64,000 nucleotides of DNA, taken from contig JAGBMP010000064.1 in assembly GCA_017634825.1 (NCBI GenBank), positions 10,332-74,331 on the forward strand, in the 5' to 3' direction. Positions 31,657 to 40,839 of the stretch are shown here, piece by piece. The position numbers were made by a program, and so were the translations under genes. The notes beneath the pieces are model-generated. The model saw nothing but the letters and a program-made list of their open reading frames with translations. It did not search any database and had not been told where the DNA came from. Every line of letters starts with the position of its first letter. Positions within the stretch are counted from its first letter, which is position 1. This DNA is from Butyrivibrio sp. GTDB lineage: Bacteria > Bacillota > Clostridia > Lachnospirales > Lachnospiraceae.

Positions 31657-32799
31657 ATGGATTACATAGTTAATACATTATCTAATCTCTGGCAACAGAC
31701 AGCCTTTACAACAATGGAGCCGGGCAACTACATCATGATCGTGGTAGCGCTCGTGTTCTTGTACCTGGCCATTGCCAAGGGATTTGAACCTTTGCTTTTG
31801 GTACCGATTTCTTTCGGTATGCTTCTTGTAAATATTTATCCTGAAATCATGGCAGAGCCGGCAAATGGTGCAGCCGGTGGACTTCTCCATTATTTCTATA
31901 TTTTGGATGAGTGGGCTATCCTTCCTTCACTTATTTTCATGGGTGTAGGTGCTATGACAGACTTTGGTCCGCTTATTGCCAACCCTATCAGCTTCCTTAT
32001 GGGAGCCGGAGCTCAGTTTGGTATCTTCTCAGCTTACTTCATGGCCATCGCATTTGGTTTCAATGATCAGCAGGCTGCAGCAGTATCAATCATCGGAGGA
32101 GCAGATGGTCCTACATCTATCTTCCTTGCATCCAAGCTCCACCAGACATCAATCCTTGGACCTATCGCCGTTGCAGCTTACTCTTACATGGCTCTGGTTC
32201 CAATGATTCAGCCACCTATTATGAAGCTCCTTACAACACAGAAGGAAAGAACCATCAGAATGCAGCAGCTTAGAGAAGTTTCCAAGCTTGAGAAGATTCT
32301 TTTCCCTATAATCGTTACGATCGTTGTATGTATGATCCTTCCCACAACAGCACCTCTTATCGGTATGCTGATGCTGGGTAACCTCTTCAGAGAGTCAGGC
32401 GTTGTTCGTCAGCTCCAGGAGACAGCTTCCAACGCACTTATGTACATCGTAGTTATCCTTCTTGGAACATCTGTTGGTGCTACAACAAGTGCTGAGGCAT
32501 TCCTCAACAAGACAACACTTATCATCGTTGTTCTTGGACTTATTGCATTCGCCTTCGGAACGGCTGCAGGCTGTCTTTTAGGTAAGCTCCTCTGCCTTGT
32601 TACAAAGGGCAAGATCAATCCGCTTATCGGTTCAGCCGGTGTTTCGGCGGTTCCTATGGCTGCCCGTGTATCACAGAAGGTTGGTGCAGAGTATGATCCA
32701 TCCAACTTCCTGCTCATGCATGCGATGGGACCTAACGTTGCCGGAGTTATCGGTACTGCCGTAGTAGCAGGTACCTTCATGGCGGTTTTTGGTGTATAA
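31657..32799 (+). CDS. oadB: Sodium-translocating decarboxylase beta subunit
   Basis: [52 protein letters not shown]. Confidence 0.95.
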   Translation: MDYIVNTLSNLWQQTAFTTMEPGNYIMIVVALVFLYLAIAKGFEPLLLVPISFGMLLVNIYPEIMAEPANGAAGGLLHYFYILDEWAILPSLIFMGVGAMTDFGPLIANPISFLMGAGAQFGIFSAYFMAIAFGFNDQQAAAVSIIGGADGPTSIFLASKLHQTSILGPIAVAAYSYMALVPMIQPPIMKLLTTQKERTIRMQQLREVSKLEKILFPIIVTIVVCMILPTTAPLIGMLMLGNLFRESGVVRQLQETASNALMYIVVILLGTSVGATTSAEAFLNKTTLIIVVLGLIAFAFGTAAGCLLGKLLCLVTKGKINPLIGSAGVSAVPMAARVSQKVGAEYDPSNFLLMHAMGPNVAGVIGTAVVAGTFMAVFGV

Positions 32800-32836
32800 G
32801 ATTTAGATAATAATTATCTTAGAAAGGATATTAGAT

Positions 32837-34249
32837 ATGGCAGAATTAGAGAGAAAACCAGTTCGCATCAATGAGACCGTTCTGCGTGACGCTCATCAGT
32901 CTCTGATCGCAACCAGAATGCCTACAGAGAAGATGCTTCCAATCGTCGAGACAATGGATAAGGTTGGATACAACGCTGTTGAGTGCTGGGGCGATGCTAC
33001 ATTCGATGCTTCAATGAGATTCCTTAAGGAAGATCCATGGGAGAGACTTCGTAAGCTTAGAGCAGGATTTAAGAACACCAAGCTTCAGATGCTTCTTCGT
33101 GGACAGAACATTCTTGGATACAAGCATTATCCCGATGACGTAGTTGAGTACTTCGTACAGAAGTCAATCGCTAACGGTATCGATATCATCCGTATTTTCG
33201 ACTGTCTGAATGACCTTCGTAACCTTGAGGCTTCAGTTAAGGCCTGCAAGAAGGAAGGCGGACATGCTCAGATCGCTCTTGCATACACCCTTGGTGATGC
33301 TTATACAGAAGAGTACTGGATGAACATTGCAAAAGATATCGAGAACATGGGTGCAGATTCAATCTGTATCAAGGATATGGCAGGACTTCTTCTTCCTTAC
33401 GAGGCAGAAAAGCTTGTTAAGGCTCTTAAGAGAGCAACTAAGCTTCCTATCGACCTTCACACACACTACACCTCAGGCGTTGCCAGCATGACATACATGA
33501 AGGCAGCTGAGGCAGGTGTTGATATCATCGACTGTGCAATTTCACCATTTGCTCTTGGTACATCACAGCCTGCTACAGAGGTTATGGTTGAGGCCTTCAA
33601 GGGACAGCCTTTCGAGACAGGACTTGATCAGAAGGTTCTTGCTGAGATCGCTGATTACTTCAGACCTTACAGAGAAGAGTGCCTTGCAAGCGGACTTCTT
33701 GATCCTAAGGTTCTTGGTGTTAACATCAAGACTCTTATGTATCAGGTTCCCGGCGGAATGCTTTCCAACATGGTTAGCCAGCTCAAGGAGCAGAATGCAA
33801 GCGACAAGTACACAGCAGTGCTTGAGGAGATTCCTCGTGTTCGTAAGGACTTCGGTGAGCCACCTCTTGTTACACCTTCATCACAGATTGTTGGTACTCA
33901 GGCCGTTATGAATGTACTTATGGGCGAGAGATACAAGGTTGCTACTGACCAGACTAAGGACCTCCTTGCAGGTGCTTATGGTAAGACAATCAAGCCTTTC
34001 AACCCTGAAGTTCAGAAGAAGATCATCGGCGACAGAGAGGTTATCACATGCAGACCTGCTGATAAGCTCGAGCCCGGACTTCCTGAATTCGAGAAGGAAG
34101 TTGCTCAGTGGAAGGAGCAGGATGAGGACGTTCTCTCATATGCACTGTTCCCTCAGGTTGCTACAGACTTCTTCAAGTATCGTGCAGCTCAGAAGGATAA
34201 GGTTGATATTACAGCAGCTGATACAAAGAATGGGGCATACCCAGTGTAA
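32837..34249 (+). CDS. oadA: Oxaloacetate decarboxylase alpha / pyruvate carboxyltransferase subunit (no biotinyl domain)
   Basis: LRDAHQSLIATR, EDPWERL, MLLRGQN, IKDMAG, LHTH, QVPGGM, PPLVTPSSQIVG. Confidence 0.92.
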   Translation: MAELERKPVRINETVLRDAHQSLIATRMPTEKMLPIVETMDKVGYNAVECWGDATFDASMRFLKEDPWERLRKLRAGFKNTKLQMLLRGQNILGYKHYPDDVVEYFVQKSIANGIDIIRIFDCLNDLRNLEASVKACKKEGGHAQIALAYTLGDAYTEEYWMNIAKDIENMGADSICIKDMAGLLLPYEAEKLVKALKRATKLPIDLHTHYTSGVASMTYMKAAEAGVDIIDCAISPFALGTSQPATEVMVEAFKGQPFETGLDQKVLAEIADYFRPYREECLASGLLDPKVLGVNIKTLMYQVPGGMLSNMVSQLKEQNASDKYTAVLEEIPRVRKDFGEPPLVTPSSQIVGTQAVMNVLMGERYKVATDQTKDLLAGAYGKTIKPFNPEVQKKIIGDREVITCRPADKLEPGLPEFEKEVAQWKEQDEDVLSYALFPQVATDFFKYRAAQKDKVDITAADTKNGAYPV

Positions 34250-34393
34250 ATTAAGCCATGCCGAAGACTCGGAACGATAAAGCTGTTCCTCGTTTTCGCG
34301 GCTGCGCCATATAAAACAAGAAAAGAGATGAATTTTAGCCATGTAAACATGCAAAATTCATCTCTTTTTTGTTTTGCATGGCTTAATTTACAC
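34244..34393. repeat. 150-bp element bounded by a perfect 18-bp inverted repeat with internal hairpin (MITE/REP-like)
   Basis: gtgtaaattaagccatgc (34244-34261) / gcatggcttaatttacac (34376-34393). Inner stem aagagatgaatttt / aaaattcatctctt. Confidence 0.7.
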
Positions 34394-34447
34394 GAAATTT
34401 CATCTTTTTTTATTCTTTGCAAAGCCTAGTAGTGGTAGAATATATAT

Positions 34448-36625
34448 ATGGACGAGTTTAGAAGACATGCAAAGCCTAAAAAACCAGTAGAAATCGGTGA
34501 AAGCGCACCCAGAGAGCTCAGAAAAGCAGATATGGGAAGGCAGCTCCTTGCCCTTAATGAGGTAAACGGCTACAGGATCAGACCCGGCTTCTACAACATA
34601 AATGGCGCCACCATGCTTACTGATGGCGTTAATTTTACTGCCTATTCCAACGGGGCAACGTCTATAACTCTTCTTTTGTACAAAAGAGGCGAAATAAAGC
34701 CCTTTGTGCAGATTCCTTTCCCGGAGAGCTACAGGATAGGTAAAGTGTATTCAATGATTGTTTTTGGCCTTGATATTGAGAATCTGGAGTACTCCTACAG
34801 TGTTGATGGACCATGGGAGCCGGAGAAAGGTCTTTTGTTCGATAAGAACCATCTGCTGCTGGATCCGTTTGCAAAGGCTGTTTCAGGCCAGAGGATATGG
34901 GGACAGAGTCCCAACAAGGACGGGGCTTACAGAGCCAGGGTTGTAAGGGATAATTTTGAGTGGAATGATACAAATGCACTTGGAATACCAATGTGCGATT
35001 CTGTCATATATGAGATGCACGTAAGGGGCTTTACCATGGACCCTTCCTCGGGAGTGAAGTTCAGAGGTACCTTTGATGGCATCAAACAAAAGGTTGAGTA
35101 CTTAAAAAGACTTGGTGTTACAGCTGTAGAGCTGATGCCGATTTTCGAGTTTGACGAGACCAGAGACAAGAGGGAGGTCAACGGAAAGACCCTTCTTGAC
35201 TATTGGGGATATAACACCATCAGCTTTTTTGCACCAAATACCAGCTACGCTTCTCAGAGAGAGTACAACAAAGAGGGCGTTGAGCTTAAGCATATGATCA
35301 AGACCCTTAAGGATAACGGAATCGAGGTTATCCTTGATGTCGTGTTCAATCATACGGCAGAGGGCAATGAGAACGGCCCCTTTATTTCTTTTAAGGGCTT
35401 TGATAACAACATTTTCTATCTTCTTACCCCCTACGGACAGTACTATAATTTCAGCGGCTGCGGAAATACCGTAAACTGTAACCACCCAATGGTTCAGGAA
35501 TTTATTGTTGAGTGCCTCAGGTACTGGGTAGAGGAGTACCGTGTGGACGGCTTCAGGTTTGATCTTGCAAGTATTCTGGGAAGGGATCAGGACGGCGCAC
35601 CGATGGAAAAGCCTCCCCTCATTCAGAGACTTGCCTATGATCCCATACTGGGCAATGTTAAGCTTATTGCAGAGGCCTGGGATGCAGGCGGAATGTATCA
35701 GGTTGGAAATTTCCCTGCCTGGAAGAGATGGGCTGAATGGAACGGCAAATACCGCGATGACATAAGGTCCTATCTAAAGGGCGATATCTGGTCGGCTCCG
35801 GAGGCAATAAAGAGGATAACGGGCTCCATGGACCTCTATGGCGGCTCCTATCTTGGATATGACTCCTCGGTTAACTTTATCACCTGTCATGACGGCTTTA
35901 CCCTTCACGACCTGTACACCTACAACAACAAGCACAACGAGGATAACGGCTGGAACAACACGGACGGCGCCAATGACAACAGGAGTTGGAACTGCGGTAT
36001 TGAGGGAGAGACTGACGATCCGGCAGTCAATTCCCTGAGATTCAGAATGATGAGAAATGCCATAGCTGTGCTTATGTGCAGCAGAGGAACCCCTATGATC
36101 TACGCCGGGGATGAATTCTGTAATACACAGTTTGGCAATAATAACGCATATTGTCAGGACAATGAGATATCCTGGCTCAACTGGGATCTTCTTGAGAAGA
36201 ACAAGGACTATTTTGACTTCTACAGGAACATGATCCAGTTCAGGAGAAAGCACCCCTGCATCAGAAAAGAGCTCACACCGGCCGAGTGCGGATATCCTTC
36301 GATTTCCGTACACACCGAGAATCCCGACCATGGCAATATCACCAAGGATTCAAGAGTTATATGTGTAAGGTATGCAGGCTACATCAAGAGAAAAGGGCAT
36401 GATGACATAGTCTATCTTGCCATAAATGCTTACTGGGAAGATATACAGATGATGCTTCCGAATCCTCCGGAGGGAGCTTTCTGGGCTCTTTGCGTTGATA
36501 CCGGAGATGAGAGTGGCAAGTATTTCTACAACAGGCCAAAGCCTATGACATGGCGAAACAAGACCCTTAAGGCCAGAAGCGTCAATGTATTCATAGCATC
36601 TTACGGAGCTGAATATGGCGGCTGA
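34448..36625 (+). CDS. glgX: Glycogen debranching enzyme / isoamylase (GH13)
   Basis: LLDPFAK, IYEMHVRGFT, YWGY, DVVFNHT, DGFRFDLA, LIAEAWD, TCHDGFTL, NNNAYCQDN. Confidence 0.95.
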   Translation: MDEFRRHAKPKKPVEIGESAPRELRKADMGRQLLALNEVNGYRIRPGFYNINGATMLTDGVNFTAYSNGATSITLLLYKRGEIKPFVQIPFPESYRIGKVYSMIVFGLDIENLEYSYSVDGPWEPEKGLLFDKNHLLLDPFAKAVSGQRIWGQSPNKDGAYRARVVRDNFEWNDTNALGIPMCDSVIYEMHVRGFTMDPSSGVKFRGTFDGIKQKVEYLKRLGVTAVELMPIFEFDETRDKREVNGKTLLDYWGYNTISFFAPNTSYASQREYNKEGVELKHMIKTLKDNGIEVILDVVFNHTAEGNENGPFISFKGFDNNIFYLLTPYGQYYNFSGCGNTVNCNHPMVQEFIVECLRYWVEEYRVDGFRFDLASILGRDQDGAPMEKPPLIQRLAYDPILGNVKLIAEAWDAGGMYQVGNFPAWKRWAEWNGKYRDDIRSYLKGDIWSAPEAIKRITGSMDLYGGSYLGYDSSVNFITCHDGFTLHDLYTYNNKHNEDNGWNNTDGANDNRSWNCGIEGETDDPAVNSLRFRMMRNAIAVLMCSRGTPMIYAGDEFCNTQFGNNNAYCQDNEISWLNWDLLEKNKDYFDFYRNMIQFRRKHPCIRKELTPAECGYPSISVHTENPDHGNITKDSRVICVRYAGYIKRKGHDDIVYLAINAYWEDIQMMLPNPPEGAFWALCVDTGDESGKYFYNRPKPMTWRNKTLKARSVNVFIASYGAEYGG

Positions 36626-37223
36626 TGAAGAAAAAGGCAGAGAAAAATTTATAGTTGGCGGGTATGAGTTTTTATCTGAAAACGACGCACAGAAGGCGTC
36701 AATGGACCTATCAAAGATTAATCTTCTTGAAGCAAGGGTCAAGGCATCAAGACCTGTCGATATAAAAGCCGTTTATGAGAAATCAATTGAAAATAAGATA
36801 TTTAAGACTCCCATAGGCTGGGAATATCTGGTAGGGCTAAGGCGCAAACTCCTTGAGAGCGGTTATAAGGAGGAGGACCTGATCCCTATCCCTTTGAATG
36901 TTTCCATGACAAGGCACTCCGCCATGGACACTCTTAATGTGAAGCAGAGGATCCTGCCTCAGGAACCCAAAAAGGAAGCGAATTTTAAGACTATCTTCTC
37001 GATAATCCTGAACATTGTGCTGCTTATTCTGGTTGGGGTGATGTTTTATATAACAATCACTGCGGAGACCGATAACATCATAAACTATCGGAAAAACATC
37101 ACAAATCGCTACGCCGGATGGGAGCAGGAGCTTTCTGACAGGGAAAAAGCCGTCAGGGAAGCGGAAAAAAGACTTGGCATTGAAGGTTCGAAAGGCTATG
37201 ATGAGGATACAGGAACAAATTAG
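36615..37223 (+). CDS. Hypothetical membrane protein
   Basis: One TM near the C-terminus followed by a coiled coil; coupled to glgX. Confidence 0.75.
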   Translation: MAADEEKGREKFIVGGYEFLSENDAQKASMDLSKINLLEARVKASRPVDIKAVYEKSIENKIFKTPIGWEYLVGLRRKLLESGYKEEDLIPIPLNVSMTRHSAMDTLNVKQRILPQEPKKEANFKTIFSIILNIVLLILVGVMFYITITAETDNIINYRKNITNRYAGWEQELSDREKAVREAEKRLGIEGSKGYDEDTGTN

Positions 37224-37240
37224 ACAGGAGGAAACCTTCA

Positions 37241-37918
37241 GTGGACGATTTAAAGATACTTGTAGTAGATGACGAGAGCAGAATGCGAAAGCTTGTAAAG
37301 GACTTTCTCACAAAGGACGGCTACATTGTCCTTGAGGCTGAGGATGGACAGCAGGCCCTTGATACATTCTATGCTGACAAAGATATAGCACTTATTATCC
37401 TTGATGTAATGATGCCAAAGAGAGACGGCTGGGAGGTATGCAGAGAGATTAGGACAACTTCAAAGGTACCGATCATCATGCTGACAGCCAAGGCAGAAGA
37501 GAGGGATGAGCTTCTTGGCTTTGAACTTGGCGTTGATGAGTATATTTCAAAGCCCTTCAGCCCGAAGATCCTGGCAGCAAGAGTTTCAGCAATCCTGAGA
37601 AGAACCACAGGCAAGTCCGTAAATGACAAAGTGTTAGAGGTAAACGGTATTGTTCTGAATAAGGTTGCGCACAGCGTTTTGGTGGATGGAAAAGAGGTTG
37701 AGCTCAGCTACAAGGAATTTGAGCTTTTAACTTACTTTTTTGAGAACAAGGGAGTTGCTCTTTCCCGTGAAAAGATACTTAACAACGTTTGGAACTACGA
37801 CTACTTTGGTGATGCACGTACCATTGATACCCATGTTAAAAAGCTCAGAGGAAAGCTCGGCGATAAGGGCGAGATGATCAAGACCATCTGGGGTATGGGC
37901 TATAAGTTCGAGGCATGA
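37241..37918 (+). CDS. OmpR-family response regulator
   Basis: ILVVDDE, LDVMMP, KPF; winged helix RTIDTHVKKLR...TIWGMGY. Confidence 0.95.
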   Translation: MDDLKILVVDDESRMRKLVKDFLTKDGYIVLEAEDGQQALDTFYADKDIALIILDVMMPKRDGWEVCREIRTTSKVPIIMLTAKAEERDELLGFELGVDEYISKPFSPKILAARVSAILRRTTGKSVNDKVLEVNGIVLNKVAHSVLVDGKEVELSYKEFELLTYFFENKGVALSREKILNNVWNYDYFGDARTIDTHVKKLRGKLGDKGEMIKTIWGMGYKFEA

Positions 37919-37925
37919 GTACCAA

Positions 37926-39431
37926 ATGAAAAAGAAAAAAATCCATTCGCTGAGATTTGAGATTAGTGCTTTATTCATTGGCATTATGGTAGGCACATTT
38001 TTGATGTGCCTTATTGTTAACCTCTTCTTTATGGAGAAGTTTTATATCCAGAACAAGAGAGAAGCTATTATAGCTGCCTATAGGAGTATTTCTCAGGCCA
38101 TAGGAAGCGGAGACATTACTTCTGAAGAATTCGATGTTGAGATTTATCACATCTGCGAGAGATACAACATCGAGATGATAGTACTGGATGCGGATTCAAA
38201 GACACTTAAGACCTCCAGTAACAATGCAGAGCTCCTTGCAAAGGTTTTGTGGGACAACATGATCAGCTCTGCAACAGGAACAGCCAGTGATATGTCCGAC
38301 AGGACAATTATTGATTATGGAGATGACTATACCCTCCAGATCACTGTAGATAAGGGCACCGGCAGACAATACCTGGAGATGTGGGGAATTGTCGGAAACG
38401 GTAACCTGGTCCTTGTAAGGACCACCATGGAGAGTATCAGAGACAACGTTAGTATATCCAATACTTTTATGGTATATGTAGCTCTGATTGCCATTGTTGT
38501 AGGTTCTGTCCTTATTCTCTATATATGTAAAAAGGTAACTGACCCCATTAAGAGGCTCTATTACATCTCAGATGACATGAAAAAGCTGAACTTCGAGGCT
38601 AAATATGTACCTGAGAATGAGTACCGAAATGAGATAGATGTTCTGGGTCAGAACATGAATGAGCTTTCCGAGACCCTTGAGTCAAACATCAAGGAACTCA
38701 AGAATGCCAATATCGCTCTGAAGAGGGATATCGCCCGCAAGGAAGAAATTGATTCCATGCGAAAAGAGTTTCTCTCAAATGTATCGCATGAGCTTAAAAC
38801 TCCAATTGCTCTTATACAGGGCTATGCAGAGGGACTAAAGGAAGGCATTAACGACGACGAGGAGAGCAGAAACTTTTATTGTGAAGTCATCATGGATGAG
38901 GCATCCAAGATGAACATCATGGTAAAAAAGCTCCTTACACTTAACCAGCTTGAGTTTGGCAATGAAAGCGCCAATATGGAGCGTTTTGACATTGTCGATA
39001 TGGTGACCAATTACCTTAAATCCGCGTCAATGCTTGCCAAGCAGAAGGATGTAACGGTTAAATTCGGAGATTATCCGCCTATATTTGTATGGGGGGATGA
39101 ATTCAGGATCGAGGAAGTGCTGCAGAATTACTACAGCAACGCCATCAACCACATAGACGGAGATAAGGTGATCGAGGTCAAGATTACCACAACTGAGGAC
39201 AATCATGTCAGAGTATCCGTCTTTAATACGGGAGAACCTATTCCTGAGGACAGCATAGATCACATCTGGGAGAAGTTCTACAAGGTAGATAAGGCAAGGA
39301 CAAGAGAATACGGAGGAAGCGGAGTAGGACTTTCGATTGTTAAGGCTATTATGGAAGGCATGCACCAGAAATACGGTGTTATTAACTACGACAACGGCGT
39401 GGAATTCTATTTTGAACTGGAGACAAAATAG
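37926..39431 (+). CDS. HAMP-containing sensor histidine kinase
   Basis: Two TMs, H-box SHELKTP, N-box NYYSNA, FYKVD, GSGVGLSI. Confidence 0.95.
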   Translation: MKKKKIHSLRFEISALFIGIMVGTFLMCLIVNLFFMEKFYIQNKREAIIAAYRSISQAIGSGDITSEEFDVEIYHICERYNIEMIVLDADSKTLKTSSNNAELLAKVLWDNMISSATGTASDMSDRTIIDYGDDYTLQITVDKGTGRQYLEMWGIVGNGNLVLVRTTMESIRDNVSISNTFMVYVALIAIVVGSVLILYICKKVTDPIKRLYYISDDMKKLNFEAKYVPENEYRNEIDVLGQNMNELSETLESNIKELKNANIALKRDIARKEEIDSMRKEFLSNVSHELKTPIALIQGYAEGLKEGINDDEESRNFYCEVIMDEASKMNIMVKKLLTLNQLEFGNESANMERFDIVDMVTNYLKSASMLAKQKDVTVKFGDYPPIFVWGDEFRIEEVLQNYYSNAINHIDGDKVIEVKITTTEDNHVRVSVFNTGEPIPEDSIDHIWEKFYKVDKARTREYGGSGVGLSIVKAIMEGMHQKYGVINYDNGVEFYFELETK

Positions 39432-39432
39432 T

Positions 39433-40287
39433 ATGATGAAAAAAAGGTATTTGCAGGCGGCAATAATAGTTATGACAGCGCTCATGATGACAGGATGCGG
39501 AACGAAATTTCCGGATCTGACTGACGAGCAGTACAAACAGACCGTAGAATATGCTGCGGGGCTTTTACTTAAGTATTCAAACAACGGTCAGAAGAGGCTG
39601 GTTGTAGTGGATGCAAAGCAGGTCCTTAAGGATCGCCAGAAAGAGGCTGCCAGAGCAGCAGAGCTTGAACTTGCCAAGGAAGAGGCAGCAAAGAAAAACA
39701 GTCAGGAAGTGGCTCCGGAACAGGTTCAGCCAACTGAAACTGAGGAATACCCGGAGGCAGAAGGACAGGAACTTACCACAGATCCGGCTCTTACAGCTGA
39801 AACTGGTGAAAACACCGAAGAGGAAACAGGAGCTGAGAGCACCGAGGCCATCGATCCCGATGCGATCACCTTATCATCGGACGAATCCCAGGAGATCATG
39901 CCCGATATATTCCTTTCATATCAGGGATACTCAGTATCAAGCACATATCCCGAGAGTTCAAAGAGCTATGTTGTAAATGCAGATAAGAGTAAAAAGCTCC
40001 TGGTGCTCAGATTTGATCTCTACAACGGGTCTGATGCCGGCAAGAATGTAAACCTCATACCATTGGGGCTAAGCTTTAAGATACTTCTTAACGGCACGGA
40101 TATAGGCTATTCATCGGTTACATTCCTTCCTAACGATCTGTCCTCCTATGTGGGAACTATTGATTCCAGAGCCCATGAGAGCGTAGTGGTCCTTACACAG
40201 ATCAGCGACAAGGATTCAACCATGATAGAGAGTCTTGGAATGATAGTAACCATTAACGGACAGACTCAAACTGTTATATTAAAATAA
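39433..40287 (+). CDS. Hypothetical lipoprotein
   Basis: MMKKRY...MTGC lipobox, E/T-rich linker, beta-rich C-terminal domain. Confidence 0.75.
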   Translation: MMKKRYLQAAIIVMTALMMTGCGTKFPDLTDEQYKQTVEYAAGLLLKYSNNGQKRLVVVDAKQVLKDRQKEAARAAELELAKEEAAKKNSQEVAPEQVQPTETEEYPEAEGQELTTDPALTAETGENTEEETGAESTEAIDPDAITLSSDESQEIMPDIFLSYQGYSVSSTYPESSKSYVVNADKSKKLLVLRFDLYNGSDAGKNVNLIPLGLSFKILLNGTDIGYSSVTFLPNDLSSYVGTIDSRAHESVVVLTQISDKDSTMIESLGMIVTINGQTQTVILK

Positions 40288-40488
40288 CCTTATAATAAAG
40301 TTTCATTTATAACTGTGTAAAAAGAATTAAAACCTCAAAAGGATTGTTAATAATCTGTTTATTATCATATGCTAACGCTTGGAAAATCTTAAAAATGCCT
40401 AAAATAAGCGCTTTATGGGTTGATTTGTGCCTAAAAAGACTTAAAACTAGTATTATCAAAAAAATATATCTGAAAGGGGATATGAATT

Positions 40489-40668
40489 ATGAGCGAAGAT
40501 AAGAACAAGATTATAGATAACGAGCAGTTGGAGAATGTTAATGCTGGATCTCTGGGAGATGTGATCAAGAAGGTAACATCAAAGGTTAAGCCTGAGGAAG
40601 AGGATCCTACATATGTAGCTTTGAACGTTGACAATGTTCCACGCGGTGGCAGTACATTCCTTGCCTGA
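40489..40668 (+). CDS. Small peptide with double-glycine-type leader (59 aa)
   Basis: Not in the ORF track. MSEDKNKIIDNEQLENVNAG|SLGDVIKKVTSKVKPEEEDPTYVALNVDNVPRGGSTFLA; SD aaagggga. Confidence 0.75.
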   Translation: MSEDKNKIIDNEQLENVNAGSLGDVIKKVTSKVKPEEEDPTYVALNVDNVPRGGSTFLA

Positions 40669-40683
40669 TCAGGAGGTAATAAT

Positions 40684-40830
40684 ATGAGTGATAAAGAAAA
40701 ATTAGAAAAAAAGCCAAAAACAGAGAAAGAGATCCACAAAGAGGATCTTAAGAACGTAAATGGTGGTATTAAGGCTGTTACAATTGATGAAACTCCCCAA
40801 AACCCCGATAATATTCCTTATCTCATTTAA
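40684..40830 (+). CDS. Small peptide with double-glycine leader (48 aa)
   Basis: Not in the ORF track. MSDKEKLEKKPKTEKEIHKEDLKNVNGG|IKAVTIDETPQNPDNIPYLI; perfect SD aggaggt. Confidence 0.8.
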   Translation: MSDKEKLEKKPKTEKEIHKEDLKNVNGGIKAVTIDETPQNPDNIPYLI

Positions 40831-40839
40831 AAGAACATT

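Noticed and set aside
37241-39431. Two-component system as receptor for the GG peptides
   Set aside because: It is an OmpR/2-TM HAMP kinase pair embedded in the glgX operon, not the AgrC/ComD-LytTR type that senses such peptides.
40396-40436. Direct repeat tgcctaaaa x2 upstream of the peptide genes as a regulator site
   Set aside because: Only 9 bp in AT-rich DNA, and the 32-bp period does not match LytTR- or OmpR-type spacing. It may be chance.
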